A program made the position numbers and the translations under genes. From Octopus bimaculoides (Eukaryota), in the NCBI RefSeq assembly GCF_001194135.2, contig NC_068990.1, positions 11,763,958 through 11,827,957 on the forward strand: a stretch of DNA of 64,000 nucleotides, in the 5' to 3' direction. Positions 27,576-39,812 of this stretch are shown here, in pieces. The first letter of the stretch is position 1. Each line of letters begins with the position of its first letter. Below the pieces are notes generated by a model. That model searched no databases and had not been told where the DNA came from. It worked only from the letters and a program-made list of their open reading frames with translations.

Positions 27576-28584
27576 TTATTTGATGGCTATTTGACTGCTA
27601 AGTATTTTACATTGCAGTTTATGCTTCTGTTCAAGAAATCCAATATTGCTAGCAAAAGTCTTGGTTTCTGGTATCTTAAAAATATTTCAATAGAATTTGC
27701 TTAATTCAGTAATTCAGAATTCAGCAAATATTCATATGAGCTCCATTGATATCCTTCTGGACAACAAGGTAGCAGATCACCTATGGTCAAATGTATTCAA
27801 CACATGACCATCCCATTTTATTATTCACAGTTTAAATTAGACAAAAGTATCCAATATCCCACTTTTTTTTGTAACGGTGATAGGAAAAAAATCTGACTGC
27901 TATTTCTAGCAAATGGAATGTCTATGTAAAGTGATTGTCAATTTGAGATGTTAAAGAAATCTAGGACACTGGTTACTATGGAATGAAAATCTATAGCACA
28001 GAACTTCCTTGACCTATGCAGATACGGAGCAGATGCTTTCATGGTAGGGATTATGTTGATTTCCCATCTTCATGGCTGAATAAAAAGAACTGGTGAATCA
28101 TATACACTTTTAATTAATTAAACCTTGCTAATTGCTAGGAAAATGGTCGAATCAACCATTTATGTCCATGTTTTAAATTTCTTGGAAGTTTTCACTTGTA
28201 TTAAACAATTCTGTTTATTGGCTGTAACATCTTGATATGTCAATTTTCTCAGCAAAAATGACATTAAGAAAATTGTTTTCTTTATCAATATATCTAGCCA
28301 TGGCAACAAATATTTATATTCGTATTAAGAGTTTTGCATTTCTTTTGCTGCTTCCATAGGAGTTGAAATTTGCACGTTAAAAGATTCAGTCATTTGTCAA
28401 CCCTTCTCTTTGTAGTTCTCCACATGCATGTGAAATTGATTGTGCAAAATTTCAGTTAAATGTCTCCTGAAACACTGCTATCTTATCGTCAGAAATACAA
28501 GTAACACTGGTTCCTTTCTAAGATTTCTTTGAAATAGCTCGCTCAACCTATTTGCAGAAGAGATCTGTTGAAATATATGTAAAC

Positions 28585-28803
28585 AGAGGACTGGTGCCAA
28601 AAAGTTCGACTTTGAGTAAAAAAAAATACAAGAGGATCAGTTAATTATGATTTCATTCAACATATTCTCCTTTAAGAATCACACACTTATTGAAGTGGCA
28701 CTTCTGCTTTTCTAAGCTCTGTAAAAGAACTCAGAAGGTGGGAGCTTCAACCAGGGCTTTTGTGATACCCTTAAAGCCAAGAATTTTTTATTATCCCTTC
28801 ATA
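28585..28803 (-). mobile_element. Mariner-derived MITE
   Basis: Degenerate TIRs; minus strand encodes ..KCVILKGEYVE*, a mariner transposase C-terminus. Confidence 0.6.
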
Positions 28804-29650
28804 AGTGTTTAACACTTTGTTTAATATCAGCAGCCGATAAGGTGGCAGAAACGTTAGCATGCTGGGCAAAATGCTTAGCAGTATTTCGTCTGTCTTTATG
28901 TTCTCAGTTCAAATTCCNNNNNNNNNNNNNNNNNNNNNNNNNNNNNNNNNNNNNNNNNNNNNNNNNNNNNNNNNNNNNNNNNNNNNNNNNNNNNNNNNNN
29001 NNNNNNNNNNNNNNNNNNNNNNNNNNNNNNNNNNNNNNNNNNNNNNNNNNNNNNNNNNNNNNNNNNNNNNNNNNNNNNNNNNNNNNNNNNNNNNNNNNNN
29101 NNNNNNNNNNNNNNNNNNNNNNNNNNNNNNNNNNNNNNNNNNNNNNNNNNNNNNNNNNNNNNNNNNNNNNNNNNNNNNNNNNNNNNNNNNNNNNNNNNNN
29201 NNNNNNNNNNNNNNNNNNNNNNNNNNNNNNNNNNNNNNNNNNNNNNNNNNNNNNNNNNNNNNNNNNNNNNNNNNNNNNNNNNNNNNNNNNNNNNNNNNNN
29301 NNNNNNNNNNNNNNNNNNNNNNNNNNNNNNNNNNNNNNNNNNNNNNNNNNNNNNNNNNNNNNNNNNNNNNNNNNNNNNNNNNNNNNNNNNNNNNNNNNNN
29401 NNNNNNNNNNNNNNNNNNNNNNNNNNNNNNNNNNNNNNNNNNNNNNNNNNNNNNNNNNNNNNNNNNNNNNNNNNNNNNNNNNNNNNNNNNNNNNNNNNNN
29501 NNNNNNNNNNNNNNNNNNNNNNNNNNNNNNNNNNNNNNNNNNNNNNNNNNNNNNNNNNNNNNNNNNNNNNNNNNNNNNNNNNNNNNNNNNNNNNNNNNNN
29601 NNNNNNNNNNNNNNNNNNNNNNNNNNNNNNNNNNNNNNNNNNNNNNNNNN

Positions 29651-29729
29651 CGGGCATATGGTGTAGTGGTTATGAATGTGGGCTACAAACCCCAAGATTC
29701 CGAGTTTGATTCCAGGCAGTGACCTGAAC

Positions 29730-29767
<38 letters not shown>

Positions 29768-29953
29768 CAACATCGAAAAATACCTTAGGAATGAGAACAC
29801 AGGTTCGAAATTTCCCCAAGACACCTGATGAAGGCTGGAGGGTATATCAGCTGAAATGTTGTGTTAGCAACAAACAAGATGAGGACAAGTATCTGTCAAA
29901 TGTAAATAATGTAAATTATGTACATAATTCCTCATCTCTTAAATATAAAACTG
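29651..29953 (+). mobile_element. Same family, copy 3 with near-complete tRNA head
   Basis: TGGTGTAGTGG (A box) and GAGTTTGATTCC (B box), (AAT)n, HHR-like motif at 29820-29865, and tail ATAATTCCTCATCTCTTAAATAT shared with copy 1. Confidence 0.85.
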
Positions 29954-30687
29954 AAATATATAAGGCAAATTTAACTATTTCTCCATAGATTGGAAACATT
30001 ATGAACAACTTTAATTGAATTTCAAAACTTATGTGTTCTCATCAGAGATGTCTACATCACTCGAGCAATCATAGAGAAGCAATTAGCCAATTTGTTTCTA
30101 CACTCAGCAAATCTAGTAACTACAGTGAGCTGGTGCTACTAATTTGTATATCATTAGTGTTTAATTATTGAATGTCAGCAGCTTCTTAGTGAGGATCTCA
30201 GTCAACACACTATCAAAGTATTATATGTAACCTGTATAGTACAATACTAACTACTTCTTCATAGATTGAAAAGCTTATGAACAGCCTTAATTAATCTTGG
30301 TACCTTATTGGGTTCTCATCAAAAGTGTCAACATTAATTTAACCAATCCCAGAGAAACAAGTTGCAGTTAATTTTGGACATAGTGAAGAATTTAGATAAA
30401 CAAATTTGTCATTGTTAATCTGGCATTTTTATTTTTGTTATGGCAGTGAGCTGGTAAAATCATAAGAGTCTTGGGAAAATGCCTTGCAGTATTTATTCTG
30501 GTTCTTTACAACCTGAGTTTAAACACCACTGGTCATTTCTGCCTTTCATCCTTCTGGGGTCAATAAAACAAAGTACCACATACTGGAGTCAATTATATTG
30601 ATTAATCCCTGCCCCTCATAAATTCTAGCTTTGTGCCTAAACTAGAATATAAATTAGCATAAAATTCTGATGGAAGGTTTTAATTTA

Positions 30688-30940
30688 CTCTTTACTCTTT
30701 TACTCTTTTACTTGTTTCAGTCATTTGACTGTGGCCATGCTGGAGCACTGCCTTTAGTCGAGCAAATCGACCCCAGAACTTATTCTTTGGAAGCCTAGTA
30801 CTTATTCTATCGGTCTCTTTTGCCGAACCACTAAGTTACGGGGACGTAAACACACCAGCATCGGTTGTCAAGCGATGTTGGGGGGACAAACACAGACACA
30901 AACATATACACACACACATATATATATACATATATACGAC
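30688..30940 (-). mobile_element. SINE family B, truncated by a gap
   Basis: Near-identical to the corresponding part of the 46066 and 12249 copies. Confidence 0.85.
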
Positions 30941-31275
30941 NNNNNNNNNNNNNNNNNNNNNNNNNNNNNNNNNNNNNNNNNNNNNNNNNNNNNNNNNNNN
31001 NNNNNNNNNNNNNNNNNNNNNNNNNNNNNNNNNNNNNNNNNNNNNNNNNNNNNNNNNNNNNNNNNNNNNNNNNNNNNNNNNNNNNNNNNNNNNNNNNNNN
31101 NNNNNNNNNNNNNNNNNNNNNNNNNNNNNNNNNNNNNNNNNNNNNNNNNNNNNNNNNNNNNNNNNNNNNNNNNNNNNNNNNNNNNNNNNNNNNNNNNCAG
31201 AAAACTTGTATCATAGAACCAGGGTTGGTCTCAAGAAGATCGGTATCAAAAGGATTAATAATATACAAATTATTA

Positions 31276-31705
31276 AGGCGGTGAGCTGGCAGAAACATTA
31301 GCATGCCAGGCAAAATGCTCAGTGGTATTTTGTCTGTCTTTATGTTCTAAGTTCAAATTCAGTTGAGGTCGACTTTGTCTTTCATTCTTTTGGGGTCGAT
31401 AAATTAAGTACCAGTTGCATACTGGGGTCGATCTTTTCAAAATTTCGAGCCATGCGCCTAAAGTAGATAAGAATATACAATTTATAGTTAAGACAGCGAG
31501 CTGGCAGAATCATTAGCATGCCAGGCAAAATGCTTAATGGCATTTCGTCTATCTCTATGTTCTGAGCTCAAATTTCACTGAGTTTGACTTTGTTTGTCAT
31601 CCTTTGAGGGTTGATTAAACAAGTACCACTTAAGTACTGGTGTTGATGTAATCAAATTATCCCTTCCCTAAAATTGATGGCCTTGTGTCAAAATTTGAAA
31701 CCAGT
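31276..31705 (+). mobile_element. Two tandem SINE family A copies
   Basis: AAGGCGGTGAGCTGGCAGAA and AAGACAGCGAGCTGGCAGAA heads. Confidence 0.9.
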
Positions 31706-32109
31706 GTACAAATTATAGTTGTTAATATTGTTGTCACTGCTGCAATTTAGCCCCCTGTCAATCATGATTAAAAAGTCTTGTGATCAATATTGAGTGGCAG
31801 CTTTTATGAATATTCTGTTGGAAATGCTTTGCAAAACATATACCTTTTCCATCTTGTACAAGGATCAGGACTGATGCGATGCAAGATTTAGGGAAACTGC
31901 ATAGGAACTAATGCTCAATCAGGACTGATGAGTGATGATAACTAGACATTTATTACAGTTTGGGATTATCATCTCTGACAGATAAAGAAAGAATATAACA
32001 AAGACAGAGATAATCAAAAGAACTCCAGTTATGGCCACCCAGGTTTTTACAACATTATGCAATATACACTTTCTCTATTTAAGGTAATGTTAGGGAGATT
32101 TCTTCTTCT

Positions 32110-32495
32110 TGGCACTCCATCGGTTACGACGATGAGGGTTCCAGTTGATCTGATCAATGGAACAGCTTGCTCGTGAAATTAACGTGCAAGTGGCTGAGCA
32201 CTCCACAGACACATGTACCCTTAACGTAGTTCTCGGGGAGATTCAGAGTGACACAGAGTGTGACAAGGCTGACCCTTTGAAATACAGGTACAACAGAAAC
32301 AGGAAGTAAGAGTGAGAGAAAATTGTGGTGAAAGAGTACAGCAGGGTTCGTCACTATCCCCTGCCAGAGCCTCGTGGAACTTTAGGCGTTTTCGCTCAAT
32401 ATAAACACTCACAACGTCCAGTCTGGGAATCAAAACCGTGATCTTACGACCGCGAGTCTGCTGCCCTAACCATTGAGCCATTGCGCATCCACCAT
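32110..32495 (-). mobile_element. Rarer tRNA-headed SINE (family E)
   Basis: GCGCAATGGCTCAATGGTTAGGGCAGCAGACTCGCGG..GATTCCC head; 3' body shared with 20882-21060. Confidence 0.8.
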
Positions 32496-32873
32496 GGAGA
32501 TTTATTTGTTGTTTCTAGTAAGTTAACTAACACCATACAGGTTTTCAGGTTTGCGTGTAGGTTTGAGCGAGTGTTTTATTGGTGGAATTCTCTCCGGTTC
32601 CTCTGGAAAGGTGTTTCTGTAGAGTAATTAGATATTTGTTGTCCCATAGTCACATTATAAAGATTACTTTCTCCTTCATTGCTGCTCATTGAATGTTCTC
32701 TGAAATAAAGGAAAATGATTAATGAGATGTATTATTAGTTTTCACAAACTAGTTTTAGAATTTATAAATTTATATAAATGAGGGGAATAATTTATGGATG
32801 TGTGATTATATATTTATGTGTGTGTTTGTACATATATATATACGTACATACATACATATATATATAAACGCAT

Positions 32874-32907
<34 letters not shown>

Positions 32908-33025
32908 GTATACATATATATACATNNNNNNNNNNNNNNNNNNNNNNNNNNNNNNNNNNNNNNNNNNNNNNNNNNNNNNNNNNNNNNNNNNNNNNNNNNN
33001 NNNNNNNNNNNNNNNNNNNNNNNNN

Positions 33026-33064
<39 letters not shown>

Positions 33065-33300
33065 TATATACATATGTGTACATATAAACATATTTACATA
33101 CATATACGTACTTACATATATGTGCATATCCATATATACACCCTCTCTCACACACACACATATGTATAGGTATATGGATATATACAGTATGCATTTCTAA
33201 ATGTAAATGGATAACTATACATGTATATAAGAATATGTGTGCGCATGTATGTGTGTGTGTGTGTAATGAGAGCTGCTTTAATGTATGTGTGTATGTACAT

Positions 33301-33348
<48 letters not shown>

Positions 33349-33966
33349 AGACTCTGTTGGATATATGATATCAGTGAACATGAAACCAAACCATCTGTCT
33401 CATTTCAGGAAATTGTGCTGCCTCATGACCACAAGTGGATACACAAACCAAACAGATTTCATATCCACTAAGAACTAGGAAAGAGAAATGACTGAGAGTA
33501 ATAAATCTATACCTGACGAAAAATCGATCACTCAGTATCGACTAATGATTAGTGAGTCTAAAAAGATTGCCAGTCCTAAAGATGCAGCACAATATAGAGA
33601 TGCAGATTAAGAAAAGATCCTTTGGCAAATGTGAGATAAGATGATGTAATAGGTGATGTACAAGTTGAGAGAAAAGAAGAAATAGATAGCTATAGAATAG
33701 AAGACTGCTACACCATGGTCGGTCTCAAACATGATTAAGAAAGAAGGAAGGTATTAAGCATAGGGCTAGCAGATCTGTGCTGCCAATTTTCTACATTGCC
33801 ACTGAAATGCCAACAAGAGAACATCTGAAACCTGTCCTGGTAAGATGGAGTTAGTCTTCAGAGATGTGGAACAGGCTTTTCTTATCAAGGGCAACTACAT
33901 GTTAGGGAACATGGAAGGCCATGATCATGAACAAAATCAGAACAGATGAAAAACAACATGGAGACA

Positions 33967-34196
33967 GTAGTTGTATACTGTCAACTTAATATGACAGTCC
34001 CCTGAAAAGAATAATACTACTGTTGTCCCCCTCTTGTAAACATAAGGACACAGGAAGCGGTACAGCTTCCTAGGTCTAACCAACAGTAGTATTATTCCCT
34101 TCAGGAGACTGTCACATTAAGTTGGCAATATACAACTACTTTATCGTATCACTACTGCATAAATCTCTCTGAGAGATTTAGAGATGTATTATTTCT
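33967..34196 (+). mobile_element. Shorter derivative of the 58949-59619 element
   Basis: Same GTAGTTGTAT...AATACTACTGTTG arm sequence and double-hairpin terminus; 12-bp direct repeat AACATGGAGACA at 33955-33966 and 34197-34208. Confidence 0.8.
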
Positions 34197-34486
34197 AACA
34201 TGGAGACAATCCACAGAAACTGAAGCACATACAGATAGCTACACCTGAAGACAAATGCAATCTAAATCTAATGATCAACACTGATGGTGGTCTCTTGCTG
34301 GCACCTTATGTTCGCCATGCAGTTCTGCTTATCATTTAAAGCAAAATATGTCTCGTTCATTGCATACAGTAATCCCTCAACTATCACAGATGATATGTTC
34401 CAGACCTCCCTGTGATAGGTGAAAATCTGAGAAGTAGAAACAATACTGTACTGTATATGTATTATAATTATTTCTATAATTTCATC

Positions 34487-34760
34487 ATCATCGTTTAATG
34501 TCCGTTTTCCATGCTAGTATGGGTTGGACGGTTTGACCGGGGTCTGGGAAGCCAGGAAGCTGCACAAGGCTCCAGTCTGATCTGGCAGTGTTTCTACAGC
34601 TGGATGCCCTTCCTAACGCCAACCACTCTGTGAGTGTAGTGGGTGCCTTTTGTGTGCCACCGGCACAGGGGCCAGAGGAGGCTGGCAACGGCCATGATCG
34701 GTTGGTGCTTTTTAGGTGCCACCAGCATGGAAGCCAGACAAGGTGGCGCAGGCATTGGCC
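34487..34760 (-). mobile_element. Family C
   Basis: Same tail motif and (GAT)n end. Confidence 0.85.
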
Positions 34761-34789
34761 CACATTGGTGATAATTTAAAAACCAACGA

Positions 34790-35040
34790 GACCTGGGAAA
34801 AGATGTCCTTCCCTCAGCGAAACATGATGTAATGCAACAAAATAAACCAACATCCGGCATTACAGGTGAAACCCTGATCTAGAACCCACAAGTGAACCAG
34901 AAGAGAGGGAGTCCTGAAAATAGGTGGAGTGGCGGTTGATATAAAAAAGCAGGGATCCAACTGCAATGAAGTTAAGAAAGGCAGCCTGGATTCTAGAATA
35001 GTGGATAAAAGTGGCTTATGCTCCACAGGGAAAAAAGAAC
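34790..35040 (+). mobile_element. Decayed RTE LINE C-terminal fragment
   Basis: Broken translation resembling LxWNPQGKRKRGRP...GLCSTG (GTGGCTTATGCTCCACAGGG). Confidence 0.45.
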
Positions 35041-35184
35041 TTATACACTACAACACAGCCATTTCTCCCTCCATATGTCATATCTTTGGTGTTCTATTCA
35101 ACCAAGCATTGGAGGACTTAGAGAATATCTATGACAACGCAGGTTATATATAGGTGCCTAAAACAATAAGTGACAGTGTGGTAC

Positions 35185-35422
35185 ATTCGTAATTCTTTAT
35201 TGCCCACAAGAGGTTAAACATAGAGTGGACAAACAAGGACAGACAAAGGGATTAAGTCGATTACACCAACCCCAGTGTGTAACTGGTACTTAATTTATCG
35301 ACCCTGAATGGATGAAAGGCAAAGTCGACCTCGGCGGAATTTGAACTCAGAACGTAACGGCAGACAAAATATCGCTAAGTATTTTGCCCAGCATGCTAAC
35401 GTTTTTGCCAGCTCGCCGCCTT
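35185..35422 (-). mobile_element. SINE family A, GCCCACAAGAGGTTAAAC tail variant
   Basis: Full head to tail on the minus strand. Confidence 0.9.
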
Positions 35423-37699
35423 AAATATGGTACATTCTACCAGGTCACACTCTCTTGCAATTGACAGCTAAGAGGTATTTTTAGATATAGTTTATACTGC
35501 CATTTTACTGTTCCAAATATACTACTTTAGGATATCTAGTTTAGAGACACTGAAAAAATCTTCAAATGTAGGGAACTGAGAATGTGTTGCTCTCGTGTCT
35601 ATGTTCTAATGGCTTTAATTGCATAAGAGAAATGAAAGATTCAACTTGAAAACCAGAAATTCAAAACTGCACCAAGCCACAACTTGGTTATCAAAGAACA
35701 TGTCTGTCACTCTATAGAGCTTATAGCACAATGGCTGCCTATTATGTTAGCAAATAAATAATGTGCATGTACATACAATATATGTGTGTGCGTGTGTACA
35801 TGTATGCGAATAAATAAAAATAAAAAAACAATATATATATTTACATACTACACATACGCGTATATGTGTATATATATGTGTATTTATCTATCTATCTATA
35901 TATATATATATATATATATAAAAACAAATAGTAAATGAGTATATGCATATATACGTACAGGTATGTGCATACCGACATCCACCTGCATGTATAGGTGCAT
36001 ATCTGGGTACAGGACATTGCAAACAAAACGTAGACGAGAAAACACACAAGCCACATAGAGAACATTCTTCTTCATCAGCTACCCCCGTTTTAACACCGGC
36101 GTTTCGAAGAGCTGGGCAGGATGCATCGTTAAAACGGCTCTTCTCATGGACCGCAAATTAAATTTGTATGCACAAACATACATATATATGCATGTACATA
36201 CTTATACATACACACACACATGCATATATATTCACATATACATACATATTTATATATGCATGCAAATAGAGTGAGAGAATGCGTGAGAGAGGGTGTGAGA
36301 GTGAGACATACATAAATATATATACATGCATAAAAGAGAGAAAGAGAAAGTTAGATGCATAAACAAAGAGAAGAGAAGAGAAGAGAAGAGAAGAGAGAGA
36401 GAGTGAGAGAAACAGACAGGCAGACAGAGACAAAGGCAGAGCACGTGATGGCTGGTGCAATGATCTCTACTCAACAAGCAAGAAGAACTGAAGAACAGCT
36501 TTCTCAATCTGCTGCATTCAGCTAGCACCATTATTAGAGAAAGGAAATTCAAACAAATACTTACATGGGGCTTTTCTTGGAATTATTTTAGCCTGATTTC
36601 ACATTGAACTAGATACAATGGCCTCTAATGGTTGCAGTGCTCTGCAATTTCATTCACCCATATTATCTACAATGGCACCCTAATTGGAAAACATGGTTGC
36701 TGCATGTATTATCTAAAGACACCAAATCTCTTCTGGCTCTTGCTTTCTCTCTTTGTATCTTTATCTTTCTCTCTTTTTTTTTTTTCATATTCTTTTGTTT
36801 CTACCATTCTATTCTTTCCGAGATCAATTGGAACAAAAATAAAAACAAAAACGAAATAAAAATAAATAATAAAAATTTCAAAAAAAAAATTTTCGTTTTA
36901 ATTTTTTTTTTTTTGTATGTCTTTCAATACAAACTGCAATGCAATGCAGAAGTGCAGTTCTATACACAACATAACCCTTCCAATTCATTCTTCTCTTTTG
37001 TAGATTACGGCAATTGAACAAAACCCAAGCTCAGACCTCCATATCTTGATACCCTCATGTTTTATTAGTTATTTTCTTTACATTTTTCATTCTTTACTTT
37101 CTTTCTCTCTGTTTTTCCTTCGTTTTCTTGTTTTGTTTTGTTCCATTTGCCAGAGCTAAATTACATTTCTCTACTACCACCTTTTAGCCAAATTTATCTC
37201 TAATAAATCATTTGTAATGAATGAAGCTCTCTTCATTATTAAATAACCAAACAATAAATGCTTTGTCAATACAGAGCTTTGCTTATTCATCCCTCCGCTT
37301 AGATCTTCTTATCTCTTACTTAACATAAAAATTACAAACTCCAACTTTTACTTTATTCCTTCCTTCTTTCATTCCACATATTCTAACTTCCCTTTCTTTC
37401 CCATTATTTTTTATTATTCAATCGATTTGTCTTCCTTTTTTGTTACATTTTTCCAATCCTATCTTATTCTTTTTTCTTTTTATATATTTTCCTCTTTACA
37501 TTCAGAATGTTGTTGTTAGTATTGTTGTAGTTGTGTAGTTAACATTATAAAATTCTTCTTAGTATTCCTTGTATTGTACTTAACGGTGTCATTACTACAT
37601 TTGTAGTTGTTGTGACTACTGTTGGATTTAATGTTGTTTTTATTATTATTGATCGTCTTGTTGTTAGCAATAATCCTTTCTGCGTATGCACAAAACCTG

Positions 37700-37852
37700 A
37701 AATTTTGGCATGACTGGTACTTAATTTATCGACCCTAAAAAAGATGAAAGACAAAGTCAACTTCAGTAGGATTTGAACTCTGAATGTAACAATGGTGAAA
37801 ATGCTGCTAGTCATTTTGTCTGGCCTGCTAAATGACTCTGCCAGATTGCTGC
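37700..37852 (-). mobile_element. SINE family A
   Basis: GACTGGTACTTAATTTATCGACCC..GGATTTGAACTCTGAA. Confidence 0.8.
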
Positions 37853-37871
37853 TTTGATATTAAAGATAATC

Positions 37872-38560
37872 ATCATCATCGTTTAACATCCACCTTCCAT
37901 GCTAGCATGGGTTGGACGATTTGACTGAGGACTGGCAAACCAGATGGCTACACCAGGCTCCAATCTGATCTGGCAGAGTTTCTACAGCTGGATGCCCTTC
38001 CTGACGCCAACCACTCAGAGAGTGTAGTGGGCACGAAGGCCAATTAGGCGGTACTAGCAACGGCTACACTCAAAATGGTATATTTTACATGCCAACTGCA
38101 CAGGAGCCAGTCCAGGGGCACTGGCAACGACTCACTCAAATGTCTTTTCATGTGTCACCAGCAGAAGTGCTGGTAACGATCATGCTCAAATGGTGCTATT
38201 TACGTGCCACTGGCATGGAAGCCAGACAGCTGCTCTGGCAGCAATCACACTCGGATGGTGCTCTTAGCGCTCCACTGGTACAGGTGCCATCACAATTTTC
38301 CTTTCACTTGCCCCAACAGGTCTTCGCAAGCCAAGTTTAGTGTCCAATGAAAGAGAGGTTGGCATGAGTGCCAGTCATCGAATTTGGTTCGATTTCGATT
38401 TCACTTGCCTCAACAGGTCTTCGCAAGCCAAGTTTAGTGTCCAATGAAAGAGAGGTTGGCATGAGTGCCAGTCATCGAATTTGGTTTGATTTCGATTTCA
38501 CTTGCCTCAACAGGTCTTCGCAAGTGGGGTTTAGTGTCCAATGAAGGAAAGGTACACATA
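37872..38560 (-). mobile_element. Family C, long copy with internal tandem subrepeats
   Basis: Tail motif plus a 97-bp tandem repeat at 38302-38550. Confidence 0.85.
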
Positions 38561-38584
38561 AGTGGGCTGGCTAATAACAATCCT

Positions 38585-39187
38585 TTCTACTATAGGCACA
38601 AGGCCTCAAATTTTGTTGGGGATGGGGTTAGTTGATTATATTGGCCACCAGTCTTTGACTGGTACTTATTTCATTGACCCAGAAAGTATGAAAGGCAAAG
38701 CCGACTGTGACAGAATTTGAACTCAGAACATGAAGATGGGTGAAATGCCGCTAAGCATACTATTCAGTGTAGTAAGGATTCTGCCTGATAATAATAACAA
38801 TAATAATAATAATAATAATAATAAACTTTCCTATTATTGGCACAAGGCCTGAAATTTAGGGGGAAGTGGGTTAGTCAATTATATTAACCCCAGTGCATGA
38901 CTGCAACGTATTTCATCGACCCCGAAAGGATGTAAAGCAAGGCCGACCTTAATGGAATTTGAATTCAGAAAATAAATAAGGACAAAATGCCGCTAGGCAT
39001 ATCTTTATCCAACCAGGCAAAATTCTTAGTGGCATTTCGTCCATTCTGAGTTCAAATTCCGCCAAGGTTGACCTTTACCTTTCATCCTTTAGGGGTTGAC
39101 AAAATAGGCACCAATTGATCACTGGGATTACTGTAATCGACTTAGCCTCTCTCCCAAAATTGCTGGCCCTGTACCAAAATTTGAAAT
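38585..39187. mobile_element. Cluster of three SINE family A copies (-, -, +)
   Basis: 38585-38785 (-), 38825-38998 (-), 39010-39187 (+). Confidence 0.85.
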
Positions 39188-39579
39188 CAATATTGATGTT
39201 GTTGTTGTTGTTATTGTTATGACAGGTGCCATTTCTATTGCTGTTTCTAATACTGTTCCTCTTCATAAATATCATTGTTCTTGTTATCATTGTTAATGTT
39301 AGTTGTTGTCCTTTTGTTGTAGTTGCATTTTTATTACTGATGTTGTCGCAATTTTTATTGTTGTAGTTGTAACCATTGTTGTTATCAATGTTGAAAATGA
39401 TGTTGTTGTATGTATTGTTGTCGATGCTGGTGTTGTGGTGATAGTTGTTTCTGGTGTTATTGTTATATGAACAATTGAAATAACTATCATTGTTTTTTAG
39501 TATTGTTCTCTATGTTGCTGTTGTTTAATGTTATCGTTGCACTAGTGACTTCTTATCATTATTCATGTTCATTTAGGTT

Positions 39580-39772
39580 AACGAACTGGCAGAATCATTA
39601 GCATGCTGAGTGAAATGTTTAGTGACTTTCATCCATCTTTACATTCTGAGTTCAAATTCAGCCGAGATGAACTTTGCCTTTCATCCTTTTGAGGCTGACA
39701 AAACAAGTACCGGTTGAATACTGGGGTAGGGGTGATGTAAATGACTTACCTCCTCCCCCCAAAATGGATGCT
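39580..39772 (+). mobile_element. SINE family A
   Basis: GAACTGGCAGAATCATTAGCATG head. Confidence 0.8.
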
Positions 39773-39781
39773 CTTGTGCTC

Positions 39782-39789
<8 letters not shown>

Positions 39790-39812
<23 letters not shown>

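Noticed and set aside
28150-28560. Coding-like minus-strand stretch with stops
   Set aside because: No family motif identifiable.
29651-29725. Functional tRNA gene
   Set aside because: No complete acceptor stem; the head is fused to a repeated SINE body.
30046-30124. AG...GTGAG-bounded 79-nt candidate exon (+)
   Set aside because: Two open frames, neither recognisable; such signals arise by chance in 64 kb. Needs RNA-seq.
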